IMG/VR virus record: IMGVR_UViG_3300049185_000041
Length of the DNA stretch: 64,000 nucleotides
DNA from: an uncultured virus (IMG/VR IMGVR_UViG_3300049185_000041)
Taxonomy: Duplodnaviria > Heunggongvirae > Uroviricota > Caudoviricetes
Strand: one strand, 5' to 3'
The notes under the pieces were generated by a model. That model was not told the origin of the DNA. It worked only from the letters and a program-made list of their open reading frames with translations, and searched no databases. Positions 25,262 through 35,169 of this stretch are shown piece by piece. A program made the position numbers and the translations under genes. Numbering within the stretch: the first letter of the stretch is position 1; the number at the start of each line of letters is the position of its first letter.

Positions 25262-28200
25262 TGAGTCGTTCTTCACGTTCCTTGCGCAGTTGTTCCATCT
25301 CGGCCCGCAGCTCGGCCCACTTCGCCTTGTCACCGGAGAAGTCGCCTGCGGTGACGTTCGCGCCGCCGAGCAGCAGCGCGGACACCGCCGTCGCGGTTGC
25401 CGGGTCGGTCTCCGCGTAAATCTTCTGAAGGTCGTCGATGATGATCATCGAGGTGGCCTCGTCGACCAAGGTACTGAACACCACCGGTTTGCCGCCGAAG
25501 TATTCTCCGTGCATGGTGTCGAGCCCGTAGCGCACCAGCATGTTCATCTTGCCGGCCGCGAAATTCCGGAGGTCGTCCGACTTCTCGCGCGGTGTCATGA
25601 CATGGGTCTGACCGGTTTTCTGGTCCTGCACGGTGCCGGTGATCTGGCGGAATCCGGCGTGGAAGAACTGGTTCAAGCCGCTCATCACGTCGAGCTTGAG
25701 GGTCGGGGTAATGCGGACCCGCAGGAAGTCCTTGCTGCGGGGATTGAGCACCACGCCGGTATCCTGCGGATCGTCATCGTCCGCCTTGCCGAAGGCTATG
25801 GCCAGCAGCGCGATCATCGCTCCGCGGACGGTCGCTCCCTTGGCGTAGTTGGCGGCGATCTGGACCCGGGTCGCGCCGGACATCGGGCCGCTGTAGAGTG
25901 GCTGGCCGACCAGCGTGAGAATGCGGGAGAGGTAGTACCGCGGCGCGAGCAGGATGACATTCGCCCCCGGCATCATGCCCTCCAGTTTTTTCAAGCTACC
26001 GCGACCGGTGGCGGTCATGACGCTCTTGGCGAGCGCCTTCGCATCATCAGTGGTCAGGCCGCCCGGGTGGTTGTCCACCAGTTGGTCGAACATCATCGCG
26101 CGGACCTCGTTGGTCATCGCCCGTTGCGCCCGGTCGATCGCCATGAGGAGCGGCTTCTGCGCCGACGAGATACCGATCAGCGCCGCCGCCTTGGTGGCGG
26201 TCAGGCCCACGGCGGCAGCCACAACCGGATTGCTGGCGATCAGGGCGACCTTGCCGGTCGCGAGGATCGGCCAGATGTACCATGGCCATTTTTCGATCAG
26301 GTTCGCGGCGGGCAGGTCTTCCTTGTTGCGGCTGTCGGTTTCGAAAGGGGCACTGTAGACCATCCCGGCCGTCTTGTCCCAACCGGCGTTCGGGCGCTTC
26401 ATCAGCTCCTCGAAGCGGGCCTGCTCCTTGGCAGGATCCGCAAATGCCTTGGCCCCGGCCTGAACCATCCGGAGAAGCTGCGAGTCCGCCGCGCGGGCGC
26501 GACGACCGACCTCGCCCGGCGCGAGCTTGAGCGCGTCGTTGGCGACGGCTTGGACGGTGGCACCGCCGAGGTTGCGCAGGATCACGCCGACGTCGCCGCC
26601 GAGGGTGAGAAGCTTCTGCGCCGCCGCCACGGTCTTGACGTTGTGGATGAACCGGTCGCTGCGGGAGGCGTTCTTGTAGAGGTAGGCTTGCCGGGCCTCG
26701 GCATACTCGCCCTGGAGCTTGGCCAGCTCGAAGGATGCGTCGCGCGACGCCTTGGTATTCACCGGCACCGGGGCGGCCTTCTTCGAGAAATCGCTTTCAC
26801 GCAGACGCCGGCGGAGTTCCTCGCCGCGCTTGCGGATCGAACCCAGTGCGCGGGCTTCGCGCGCCGCATCCGAGTAAGGACCGATCTTGGCCTCGCGGCG
26901 ACGGGCGTCGAGCTGCCGGTTGAGTTCCTTGATCTGGGTGCGGACTTGCTCGACCGCCCACGGCACCGCGGCCGGGACTGGCGCTTTCACCGCAAGGTCA
27001 TTGGTGGCGAGCTTCTTTTCGATTGAGGCGAGGGTCCGCTCGGCGGCTTCCAGCAGCCGCTTTTCCTTGGCCGCCTGTTGCTCGGGTGTCGCAGGCAGCG
27101 CCCGGCGCATTTCCTTGACCTGATCGGCCAATACCTCGCGGGCGTCGATCAAGGCCCCCAGCTCCTCATCAGGAGTGATGGAGGCTTTCTTTTTCACCCG
27201 CACGTCATTGCGGGCGATCATGTCGGCAAGCCGCTCGATCGAATCACGGACCCGCTGCTTGGCTTGGTCGAGGGCCGTCTCCGGGTGCGCGGCCGCGTAC
27301 AGGTCGCGGCGGTGCTTGCGCATCTGGGCGAGCTGGTCGCGCTTCGCCTCGATCGCTGCCGAGGACACCGGGTTCCCCTTGATCTTCGCCAGAATGCCGT
27401 CCTTGAGCATCTGCTCCTCTTCGGCGATGGCGCGGTCGAGATACTTTTCGACAGCAGCGATTTTCTTCTCCTCGGCGGTGCCCTTGTCGAAGGTCTCGGC
27501 GTATTGCTGCCGCAGCCCTTCGAGCTTGGACCGCAGCGCCACCGCATCCTCGTCCATGGGGACCGGCGTGCGAACCGCATCCGTGCGCGGCGTCATCGAC
27601 TTCAGCGCCCGCTCGATCTCCTCGATCTCGTTCCGCATCCGGCGCTTCACCGCGCCGAGGGCGGACTTCAGCCGGCGCTCGTTGTCTTCGAACGGAACGC
27701 CCTGCGCCCGCATCCGGTCTTCGAGCTGCCGGTATTCCTCGCGGAACTGCTTTTCGAGTTCGCGGATTTCGGCGTCCTGCTCGCCGCGCTGGAAGCCGGT
27801 GCGTTTCGGCATCTTGCCATCACGGACGTCCTTCAGCTTGAGGCCGATCCGTTCAAGGGTCTTGACCCGCTGGAGTTCCTGCGTGGTCTCGTTCTTCGAC
27901 GGGTAAGTGACCTTGCCGTAGTCGGTGAACAGCTCGGCGACCTTCTCGCGGGTCAGGTCGGGGTAGAGTTCCGTGAGGTCGCGGGTGACATTGTCGAGCA
28001 CCGCATTGCCGCGGGCACCGGCAAGCACGTGCGCGCGGGCCAGCGACCACACGTCAGCGCGATCGAGCGGTTCGTCGCTGTCGATCGAATCAATGACGTC
28101 CTGCGGAGTGGGCGCGGCCTCGCCGGTCACCGACGCGGCAGTTTCGCGGAACACGCGCTGGGCCTCGCCGAACACCCATTCACCGAACTCGGCGAACTTC

Positions 28201-31200
28201 TGCCCCATGTCGCCGATCAGAGATTGGGTCGCCTTGGAAAGATCAAAGGCCCCGTCGACCAGTTTGTCGGCGAGGATGATGGCATAGTCGCGAAGGTCTT
28301 CCAGCAGCTCCGGCGGCGGGCCGGAGTACATGACCGAAACCTCGGGGTCATCCGGGCCGCCCTTGCGGCGGCGCTCCTCGATGCGGGCACGTGCGGCGTC
28401 CGCGGCGGGGCCGAGCTTCTCCTTGAGCTTCTTGCGCAGCGCCGGTTGCCGGACCTGCGCCTCGGCTTTCTTCTGCGCTTGCTCGACGTCGGCGGTGAGT
28501 TGGACGATGAGCTGCGACTGCTCGTCATTGGCGGCTTCAAGTTCATCGACCCGCTGCTTGGCGGCCTGCCACTTGCTGAACCACTCCTCGGCCTTCTTCT
28601 GGTCGGCCGCGGTCCACTCGACCGGCTTGTCGGACTTCTGGTTCTTGGCGGCTTTCAGCTCGTTGACCACCCGCGCGAGCGTGAAGTCGCGATTGACGAT
28701 CATCTTCTGCGCCTGAAGCGAGATACCGGAAGCGGTACCGACAGAGCGAAGGTATTGGGTGAGCAGGTCGTAGTTCTCCTGCGCCTTGGCCGCCTGCGCC
28801 TGGTAGTCCTTGCGGGTCGCATCCGAAGCGTCCGCGCCGAGGTTGTTGAGATTGTGGTAGGCGGCGTCCGCCGACCCTTCCGCGATCAGCAGCTCGTGCA
28901 GCAGCAGTGCCTTCTCCAGCTTGTCGAGGGCTCGCGGCGGTTGGGTGATGAGGGAGTTGAAAAGATCCCAGCCCGCACGACCCGGCTTGCCTGCGGCGCG
29001 GTGCGCCTGTTCAGCGGCGAGCGCGGCGTCCCACGCATCCGCGTCGGTAAGCTGCGGCTTGCTCATCAGCGGCGGCAGTCCGCGGCGGGCGCGGCCATCG
29101 TCGATGAAAGCGTGCATGATCGACACGTGGTCGCCGTCCGGGGTGCCGTCGTAGCCGGGCGGCTCGACCGGCGGAACGCCCTGCGGCTGACCCTCGAATG
29201 CCATCGCTTCGATGTCTCGCACTTGGGTTTCGAGCTGCTCCGGGGTCTGGGCGGCGACCTCGTCTTGGAGGGTTTCGGGGACTGGTGTTGCGTCTTTTTC
29301 GCGAGCCCTTACAAGCGCGGCCCGCATGTTGTCCGGGAGTGACTCGGGGTCTTGAGACTCCAAAACCTTGCGAGGATCCAACTTACCTGACACAGGCACC
29401 TCAACGAGAGGGATCATGCCTACCGTCTCGCCTTCGGGGGACTTCACCACGATGGCATCGTTGCCTGTCTTCTCGAATAGCCATTTGGCCACTTTGGGAA
29501 GCGTCCCGGATTCATCTTTCGGGGCCTCGCGAGTGAGCCTCACGAGTTCGTTCTCGGCTTTCCCGACATCGTATCCCTGAATTACAATGGGGTTCTTGGG
29601 CGTGAACCGAATTTCGTTCACGTCCCCAACGAAGTCCTCCGTCAGATCGTAGTTGACTTTGGTAGTATAGCCCGCCGACCAAGCAGGGTTTTGCGTGAGC
29701 ATGGACCCCGGTTGCACTGCGTCCAATGGCCCCGGCGATCCGTGGTAGAGCGGCTTGGGGTCTACTTCGACCGGAACGCCTTCGACGGCTTCACGAGTCT
29801 CGCCTTCTGGAGTAGCTCCAGCAACCGGCGCGTTTCTGACTTCTGCGGCCGGGGTTCCTGCTGCGGGGGCAGACCCAACGGCAGAAAGAGCCGCATTGGT
29901 GGCTGGGGTTTTGGGGTCATAGCGGAATTTGTTTCCTCCGATTTCCGTGAAGCCATTCTTTTTATAGAAAATGGACGGCACCTGCCCTTGGTGATCAATG
30001 TCTTCCGCCAGCAGGATCACTGGCTTCCCGGTTTCATTTGCGAGCGTTTTGAAATCCTCAAGGACCTTGCTTCCGATGCCTTGGCCACGCTGGTTTTCGG
30101 GGACCCGGAGAATGGTCAACTCCACGCCGTCCGCAGTATCCGTAGACACCACTTCGACGCCGTCGGCTTCCCACGTCTCCTCGATCGTATTGAGGCGCTG
30201 GCCCAAAGGATCGGCGGCGCGATCTTCCCGGCGGGCCTTGGTCTTGGCTTCCTTTCGAGAACGTACGAACTCGGCGTCCTCTTCCTCTGGCGTCAGTGCA
30301 ATAGGTTCGCCAATAGCAGCATCAATTCCCGGTTCCGCCTCACCAACTCCCGGATCGACTCCTCCTTGCTCAACCACAGGCGCAACACCCGGCTCCGGTG
30401 CCGTTCCCGCTTCAGCGCGATCAACAGTCGTTTCCGGTCGGAGTTCATCTGTCGTCAGGGTAGAAAGGTCATCAACGGTCGCCGCAGCCGCCGTCGACGC
30501 GGCCGGAGCAGACGTAGGAACCACAGCAGCCGGTGGAGTCGTTTCTTCATCGCCTTCGAGATCGCGGGTAGTAGCCGCCGCAGTGGCGGCAGCGGCGGGG
30601 GCGTGGTCTTGCGCGGCGACCGCGAGCTGCCGTGCCTCGGCCACGACCGGGTCGCTCTTGGCCAGTGTTTGGGTCGCCACCGGCAAACCGCCGCCGACGA
30701 CGCCGCCCATCCAAGCGCCCTTGAAAGTCTCCTGACCGATCTCGTCCCAGGTTTTGTCGGGATCGGCTCCGGCCTTGGTGATGACGCCTTCGAGGTATTG
30801 GTTGAGCCCTTCCTCTAGCGCTTCGTCCTTGAACCCGACCTTGCCGGCCTCGTACGCCTGCTTGGCGAATTCCTTCAGCTCCGGCTTGATCGCCGTGATG
30901 GCGGCACGGACTCCGTCGGCACCATACTTCTGCCGGAAGGCGGCCAGCACGTCGCGACCGGTCATCGCGCCGGCCTCGGCGGACAGTCCTTTGAAGGCGG
31001 CGCGCTCGGTACCTTCGCCGAGCAGTTTGGAGAGAATGGCCGTCTGGAATCCGTTGGCCAGCGCGGCACCCTGCGATCGGGAAACCGTGTCGTCGATCTC
31101 CTGCGGCGTCAGTTCGCGGCCTTCCTGCTCGGCCTTGCGATCGGCGGTTTCGAGCGCGGTCTGCATCAGCGAGGCATAGCCCTGTGCCCCGGCGTAACCA

Positions 31201-32450
31201 TAGACCGAGGTGCCTGCCGTGATCTTGCCGAGGATCTGCCGGGCGGCACTGGCTTCCGCGCCGCCGGCGATCAAACGCCCTGCACCGGCCCCCGCGAACA
31301 TCGGGGCCATGTCGAGGACGGTGGTGCCGAGTTCTTTGCCGGTGCCGGTGATCGCACCTTCCTGACCGCGGGCTGCCGCGATCTCGCGGTTGAACTGACC
31401 CTTCTGACCGCTCTCGATGATGTCCTTGCCGATCCGGGCCACGTCTTCCGTGTCACCCATCGCGTTCGCGATGCCCAGCGCAGGGGCACGCACGATGGTG
31501 TTGTAGATGTCCCGGCCCGACTGCGACACGGTGTCGCGGACGACATCCCAACTATTCTCGATCCAGTTCCGGTTGAGGCCCGGCCACGAGAAGAAGACCT
31601 GCTCGGGGTCGGTGACGCCCTTCGCGGCTTGCTCCGCCGCATACTTCCGGTAGTCGGCGTCGTAGCTCTTGGTCTTCTCGTCGAGTGCCTTGGCGGCCAC
31701 CTTGCGGGCCGTGAGGAACCGCTGGGTTTCGCGCTCACGGGTGGCGTCGTCCACCGGGGCGGACTGAATGGCCTTGATGCCTTCCTGCGCGTCCGGCAGC
31801 GCCACGAACTTCGGGTTGACCCGCAGCGTGCCGTCGGACAGCACCCGGGCCTTGTCATCGGAGGTCGCATCCCAGTTGTTCTCGGCGATCGAGTCCTTGA
31901 GGATGGTCATCATCTCCTTGCCGTCGGTGACGCCGTTGCCCTCGAAGTAGCTGACGAAATTGTCGAGGACCTGCTTGGTCTTGGCGGGGTCGGCATCATC
32001 CGTGTACCACGACCCTTTGAAATTGTCCCGGTAAGACCGGAGGTCTTCGGCCGCCTTGCCGCCTTCCGCCCCCTCTCCGAACAACTTGTTCATAGAGAAC
32101 CTCTCGGTTGCGGTGAATGGATTCGTGATGGCTTCACTCAGAGCTTCGGTAGCCGCACCAAGCACTCCTTTGCCTTCGCGCAGTGTTCCACCAATGACTC
32201 CCGAGGAGTTGTCAGCAACGGTTCGCTGAACCCGTGGGCTCAGGCGGCCCGCATCATTGAGCATCTTGAACGACTCGCTGCGCAGCCGGGGCAGTGGATT
32301 CTCCGCCTGTGGAACGTCAGCGGTTCCACGTGGAACATTTTGTTCCATGGAGATGTCGTCGAAAATATCCCGCTTCGGAGTCTCTTCGATCTCGTCGAAG
32401 ATGTCCTTCGCGGGAGCCTCTTCGTCGAGGGTGTCGAAGATGTCGGGCAT
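25254..32450 (-). CDS. very large internal virion/ejection protein, polyvalent (GNAT and ART-like domains)
   Basis: 2398 aa; N-terminal DIFD x3; EALEEGLNQ; RVPENQRGQGIGSKVL..FYKKNGF; LYHGSP..MLTQNP..Y..KNP..GNDAIVV. Confidence 0.8.
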   Translation of the reverse strand: MPDIFDTLDEEAPAKDIFDEIEETPKRDIFDDISMEQNVPRGTADVPQAENPLPRLRSESFKMLNDAGRLSPRVQRTVADNSSGVIGGTLREGKGVLGAATEALSEAITNPFTATERFSMNKLFGEGAEGGKAAEDLRSYRDNFKGSWYTDDADPAKTKQVLDNFVSYFEGNGVTDGKEMMTILKDSIAENNWDATSDDKARVLSDGTLRVNPKFVALPDAQEGIKAIQSAPVDDATRERETQRFLTARKVAAKALDEKTKSYDADYRKYAAEQAAKGVTDPEQVFFSWPGLNRNWIENSWDVVRDTVSQSGRDIYNTIVRAPALGIANAMGDTEDVARIGKDIIESGQKGQFNREIAAARGQEGAITGTGKELGTTVLDMAPMFAGAGAGRLIAGGAEASAARQILGKITAGTSVYGYAGAQGYASLMQTALETADRKAEQEGRELTPQEIDDTVSRSQGAALANGFQTAILSKLLGEGTERAAFKGLSAEAGAMTGRDVLAAFRQKYGADGVRAAITAIKPELKEFAKQAYEAGKVGFKDEALEEGLNQYLEGVITKAGADPDKTWDEIGQETFKGAWMGGVVGGGLPVATQTLAKSDPVVAEARQLAVAAQDHAPAAAATAAATTRDLEGDEETTPPAAVVPTSAPAASTAAAATVDDLSTLTTDELRPETTVDRAEAGTAPEPGVAPVVEQGGVDPGVGEAEPGIDAAIGEPIALTPEEEDAEFVRSRKEAKTKARREDRAADPLGQRLNTIEETWEADGVEVVSTDTADGVELTILRVPENQRGQGIGSKVLEDFKTLANETGKPVILLAEDIDHQGQVPSIFYKKNGFTEIGGNKFRYDPKTPATNAALSAVGSAPAAGTPAAEVRNAPVAGATPEGETREAVEGVPVEVDPKPLYHGSPGPLDAVQPGSMLTQNPAWSAGYTTKVNYDLTEDFVGDVNEIRFTPKNPIVIQGYDVGKAENELVRLTREAPKDESGTLPKVAKWLFEKTGNDAIVVKSPEGETVGMIPLVEVPVSGKLDPRKVLESQDPESLPDNMRAALVRAREKDATPVPETLQDEVAAQTPEQLETQVRDIEAMAFEGQPQGVPPVEPPGYDGTPDGDHVSIMHAFIDDGRARRGLPPLMSKPQLTDADAWDAALAAEQAHRAAGKPGRAGWDLFNSLITQPPRALDKLEKALLLHELLIAEGSADAAYHNLNNLGADASDATRKDYQAQAAKAQENYDLLTQYLRSVGTASGISLQAQKMIVNRDFTLARVVNELKAAKNQKSDKPVEWTAADQKKAEEWFSKWQAAKQRVDELEAANDEQSQLIVQLTADVEQAQKKAEAQVRQPALRKKLKEKLGPAADAARARIEERRRKGGPDDPEVSVMYSGPPPELLEDLRDYAIILADKLVDGAFDLSKATQSLIGDMGQKFAEFGEWVFGEAQRVFRETAASVTGEAAPTPQDVIDSIDSDEPLDRADVWSLARAHVLAGARGNAVLDNVTRDLTELYPDLTREKVAELFTDYGKVTYPSKNETTQELQRVKTLERIGLKLKDVRDGKMPKRTGFQRGEQDAEIRELEKQFREEYRQLEDRMRAQGVPFEDNERRLKSALGAVKRRMRNEIEEIERALKSMTPRTDAVRTPVPMDEDAVALRSKLEGLRQQYAETFDKGTAEEKKIAAVEKYLDRAIAEEEQMLKDGILAKIKGNPVSSAAIEAKRDQLAQMRKHRRDLYAAAHPETALDQAKQRVRDSIERLADMIARNDVRVKKKASITPDEELGALIDAREVLADQVKEMRRALPATPEQQAAKEKRLLEAAERTLASIEKKLATNDLAVKAPVPAAVPWAVEQVRTQIKELNRQLDARRREAKIGPYSDAAREARALGSIRKRGEELRRRLRESDFSKKAAPVPVNTKASRDASFELAKLQGEYAEARQAYLYKNASRSDRFIHNVKTVAAAQKLLTLGGDVGVILRNLGGATVQAVANDALKLAPGEVGRRARAADSQLLRMVQAGAKAFADPAKEQARFEELMKRPNAGWDKTAGMVYSAPFETDSRNKEDLPAANLIEKWPWYIWPILATGKVALIASNPVVAAAVGLTATKAAALIGISSAQKPLLMAIDRAQRAMTNEVRAMMFDQLVDNHPGGLTTDDAKALAKSVMTATGRGSLKKLEGMMPGANVILLAPRYYLSRILTLVGQPLYSGPMSGATRVQIAANYAKGATVRGAMIALLAIAFGKADDDDPQDTGVVLNPRSKDFLRVRITPTLKLDVMSGLNQFFHAGFRQITGTVQDQKTGQTHVMTPREKSDDLRNFAAGKMNMLVRYGLDTMHGEYFGGKPVVFSTLVDEATSMIIIDDLQKIYAETDPATATAVSALLLGGANVTAGDFSGDKAKWAELRAEMEQLRKEREERLNE

Positions 32451-32453
32451 GAG

Positions 32454-33944
32454 TTAATTGAGCTTGAAACCGCGCTCCTTGGCAAGCTGGCGAGCCCTTT
32501 CCTTGTCTCCGCCGGCTTCCTTGAGCAGGGAGCGGGCGGTGTCAGCATCCAAGGATTTCGCTTCTGCCGACTCATCCGCAAACACGCTCTTTCCTTCCGC
32601 GATACGGCCCTTTGCATGTTGGATGGCCTTCTGGATGATCGGTTCCGGGATGTCCTTCCGGTTAGGAATGATGTCGTTGACCATCTGGTCGACTTCCTCT
32701 TTGGAGAGGGTCGGGACGAGCGTTGGGAAGTCGATCTGCTTGCCGTCCTTCTGAACAGCTTGCGACTGCATCGTGTATTCCGTGGCTACGCCGCCATCCG
32801 GAAGCTTCAACTCGCCAAGCCAGCCTTTGCCCTTTGGCGTCCCGTCAGGTCGATTGCCGTAACTGGGGGCAGCTTCCTCAGCTCCATTGCCCATGGTCTT
32901 ATGGGCGGCTTCCCAGACCTTCCGGCGGAGTTCCTTCTGATCTTCGGTGAGCGTGACCTGGCTGCCATCGGGTAGTGTCTTGCCATTCACCAGATTGACG
33001 TATGCCTCTTCCGAGGGGGAGTTCATCGCGCTGCCAAGCTCGGCTTCGAGCTGCTTACTGTCGTACTCGCGGGCAGCCCGGTAGCGATCGGGCACCTTCT
33101 TCTTGAGGGTCGCGTCGTCGAGCTTCGGGAACTCGCGTTGCAAGGCGTTCATCTGCGTCGGGAACACTTCGAGGTTTCCGAGAGCGGCTTCCACATCCTT
33201 GCCGATGGGGTCCTTCCGAATGTGCTCGGCAGCCTGCGCCGCCGTGCGGGCGGCTTGGCGACGATCATATTCCTCGTTGCGGTCCTTGATCTTGTTGTCC
33301 TCCCGCTGGCGCTTGAAGCCGCCTGCCAAGTACATCAGCTCCTCTTCGTCGACCTCATTGGTGATCGGGTCGCGCGGGAAGTCCTTGGGGTCGATGCCCG
33401 CCTCGGTGGCGCGGAGGACTGCCCGCTTGCGGGCGTCAGCGCGGCGGCCTGCGATGGCTTCATCCCGGCGACGATCCATTTCCGCATTCGAGCGACGCTC
33501 GCGGGCGATGGAATCGTTCGACGTCATGATCGACCGGAAGGCATCGTCATCCATCACGCCTTTCGGCAGGGACGTGAGCAGCTCGTCGCGCTGTTGGTCG
33601 TAGTCGTCCGAATGGGGGTCGAGCTTGCCTGCGGCTTTCAGGAAATCGCCGCGGGACCGCTCAAGGTCTTTCTTCGCCGCGTAGTCGGCATCCTCGCGGT
33701 GCCAGATTTCCCGCTGCCGATTCTGGCGCTCCATGTCATACGGCGACAAATGACGGCCGCCACCAAGGCGATCCTCGCGGGACCGGCGCAGCCGAACCGC
33801 TGATTCGGCGAGCCTGTTGCTGTCGTCCAAGCCGATGCCAGCGTTCCCGTAGCGAGCGATGATGCTCTGCCCGGGCGCGGGGTCGAGGAAGTTGGTCCGT
33901 GGCGGGACGAAGCGGTCGGCGACGGCGGAGAGAGGGTCGGCCAT
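32454..33944 (-). CDS. internal virion protein
   Basis: Helical, charged; precedes the giant protein; start MADPLS at 33944. Confidence 0.7.
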   Translation of the reverse strand: MADPLSAVADRFVPPRTNFLDPAPGQSIIARYGNAGIGLDDSNRLAESAVRLRRSREDRLGGGRHLSPYDMERQNRQREIWHREDADYAAKKDLERSRGDFLKAAGKLDPHSDDYDQQRDELLTSLPKGVMDDDAFRSIMTSNDSIARERRSNAEMDRRRDEAIAGRRADARKRAVLRATEAGIDPKDFPRDPITNEVDEEELMYLAGGFKRQREDNKIKDRNEEYDRRQAARTAAQAAEHIRKDPIGKDVEAALGNLEVFPTQMNALQREFPKLDDATLKKKVPDRYRAAREYDSKQLEAELGSAMNSPSEEAYVNLVNGKTLPDGSQVTLTEDQKELRRKVWEAAHKTMGNGAEEAAPSYGNRPDGTPKGKGWLGELKLPDGGVATEYTMQSQAVQKDGKQIDFPTLVPTLSKEEVDQMVNDIIPNRKDIPEPIIQKAIQHAKGRIAEGKSVFADESAEAKSLDADTARSLLKEAGGDKERARQLAKERGFKLN

Positions 33945-33948
33945 GGGG

Positions 33949-34452
33949 TTAGAAACGGTTACGATCCCACCAGTTGCCGCGGCGGAAAATCGAGGAGGGC
34001 GCGGGCGCTGCCGTTTGCTCGTACGCGAGGCGCGGGCTTGCGGCTGAAACGCGACCGGGGGCGTTGAGGGCATCTAGCTCCTCTTCGACCAAGGTGCGAT
34101 CGAGCTGTTGGGCACGCTCGCGGTCGACGGCACCTTGCTCAAGCGAGAAGGCGCGGCCGGCGATCCCGGCGTCGAACTCGTCGCGGCGGCGGATGCCGCC
34201 TGGACTGAACCCCGCCGCATTCGCTTGATCGCGCAGTTGCACCGCCTTGATCGCAGAACCGGCGTCGCCGCGGCGGCCTTGGCGGCGCAGGATCCGCATC
34301 GCGGTATTGTAGTCCTCCTGCTGGCGGCGATACTGCTGGCCGACGACGCCGGACACCGGGCTCGGGTTCAAGGACGAGCTTTCGCCGAACGGGGTCCGCT
34401 GCATGCGGTCCTGACGGTCGAGTCCTCGGAAATCTCGGGGATAGGCAGCCAT
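33949..34452 (-). CDS. small internal virion protein
   Basis: Start MAAYPR at 34452; position in the ejection-protein triplet. Confidence 0.6.
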   Translation of the reverse strand: MAAYPRDFRGLDRQDRMQRTPFGESSSLNPSPVSGVVGQQYRRQQEDYNTAMRILRRQGRRGDAGSAIKAVQLRDQANAAGFSPGGIRRRDEFDAGIAGRAFSLEQGAVDRERAQQLDRTLVEEELDALNAPGRVSAASPRLAYEQTAAPAPSSIFRRGNWWDRNRF

Positions 34453-34460
34453 GGTGTGGA

Positions 34461-35132
34461 TTAGCGGAAATTCTGGATGCGCCGGATGCCGGGGCCGACG
34501 GGTTTGAACACGGCGGATTGACGGGCTTCGCCGCGGCGGGACTTCTCGCGGGCGTCGAGGCGACGATAGGCGTCGGAGAAATAAGCGCGGGCGTTGCCGG
34601 GGTCGCCTGCTTCTTCGTAGACCACAGCCAGACACCCCAGCTTGAGCGCCCCCATATCGGGGCAAAGGGTCTCGGTCACCGCCTCGGCGGGAACGTCGGA
34701 GTCCACTATGTCCGGGTCGTAGAGCACCACCGGGGCCTTCAGGACGAGGCAGTCGATGGTCTCGCCGTCGTTGAGGTGACCGGCCACCTTGTAGGTGCGC
34801 TCGCCCGCATCGTTGAGCCCTTGGTCGATCAGGCGGGTGCCGCCGACGCCGACTGGGATGTCCCCTTCGCCATAGGGCATGAACTCGTGCTCGACCGCGC
34901 GGATGTCGGCGGCGAAGTCATCGACCTGCACCCCCAGAATGGAGGCATACTCGGCCGGCAGCGTGACGTAGCCGCTCGCCGGGGTCAGCGTGACCCGGGC
35001 CTTCGTCCAGCCGTGCCGATTGGCTTCGAGCAGGCGCGTGTCGACCTCCTGCAAGATTCGCAGGAATTCGCCATCGTCCCCAGGGGCAATCTGGGCTTGG
35101 AATTGCGCCTTGCAGGCCGCGACCGTGGGCAT
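34461..35132 (-). CDS. tail adaptor/head-tail connector-like protein
   Basis: 223 aa, GYVTLPAEYASILGV pattern; TCGACT-16-TATCCT promoter-like sequence upstream. Confidence 0.55.
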   Translation of the reverse strand: MPTVAACKAQFQAQIAPGDDGEFLRILQEVDTRLLEANRHGWTKARVTLTPASGYVTLPAEYASILGVQVDDFAADIRAVEHEFMPYGEGDIPVGVGGTRLIDQGLNDAGERTYKVAGHLNDGETIDCLVLKAPVVLYDPDIVDSDVPAEAVTETLCPDMGALKLGCLAVVYEEAGDPGNARAYFSDAYRRLDAREKSRRGEARQSAVFKPVGPGIRRIQNFR

Positions 35133-35169
35133 GCCGCAGGATATTTAACCAAGCCGGAAAGTCGAGAGA

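Noticed and set aside
25170..32975. Long + strand ORFs (618, 754, 375, 448 aa)
   Set aside because: Antisense shadows of the high-GC giant gene, with no recognisable motifs.
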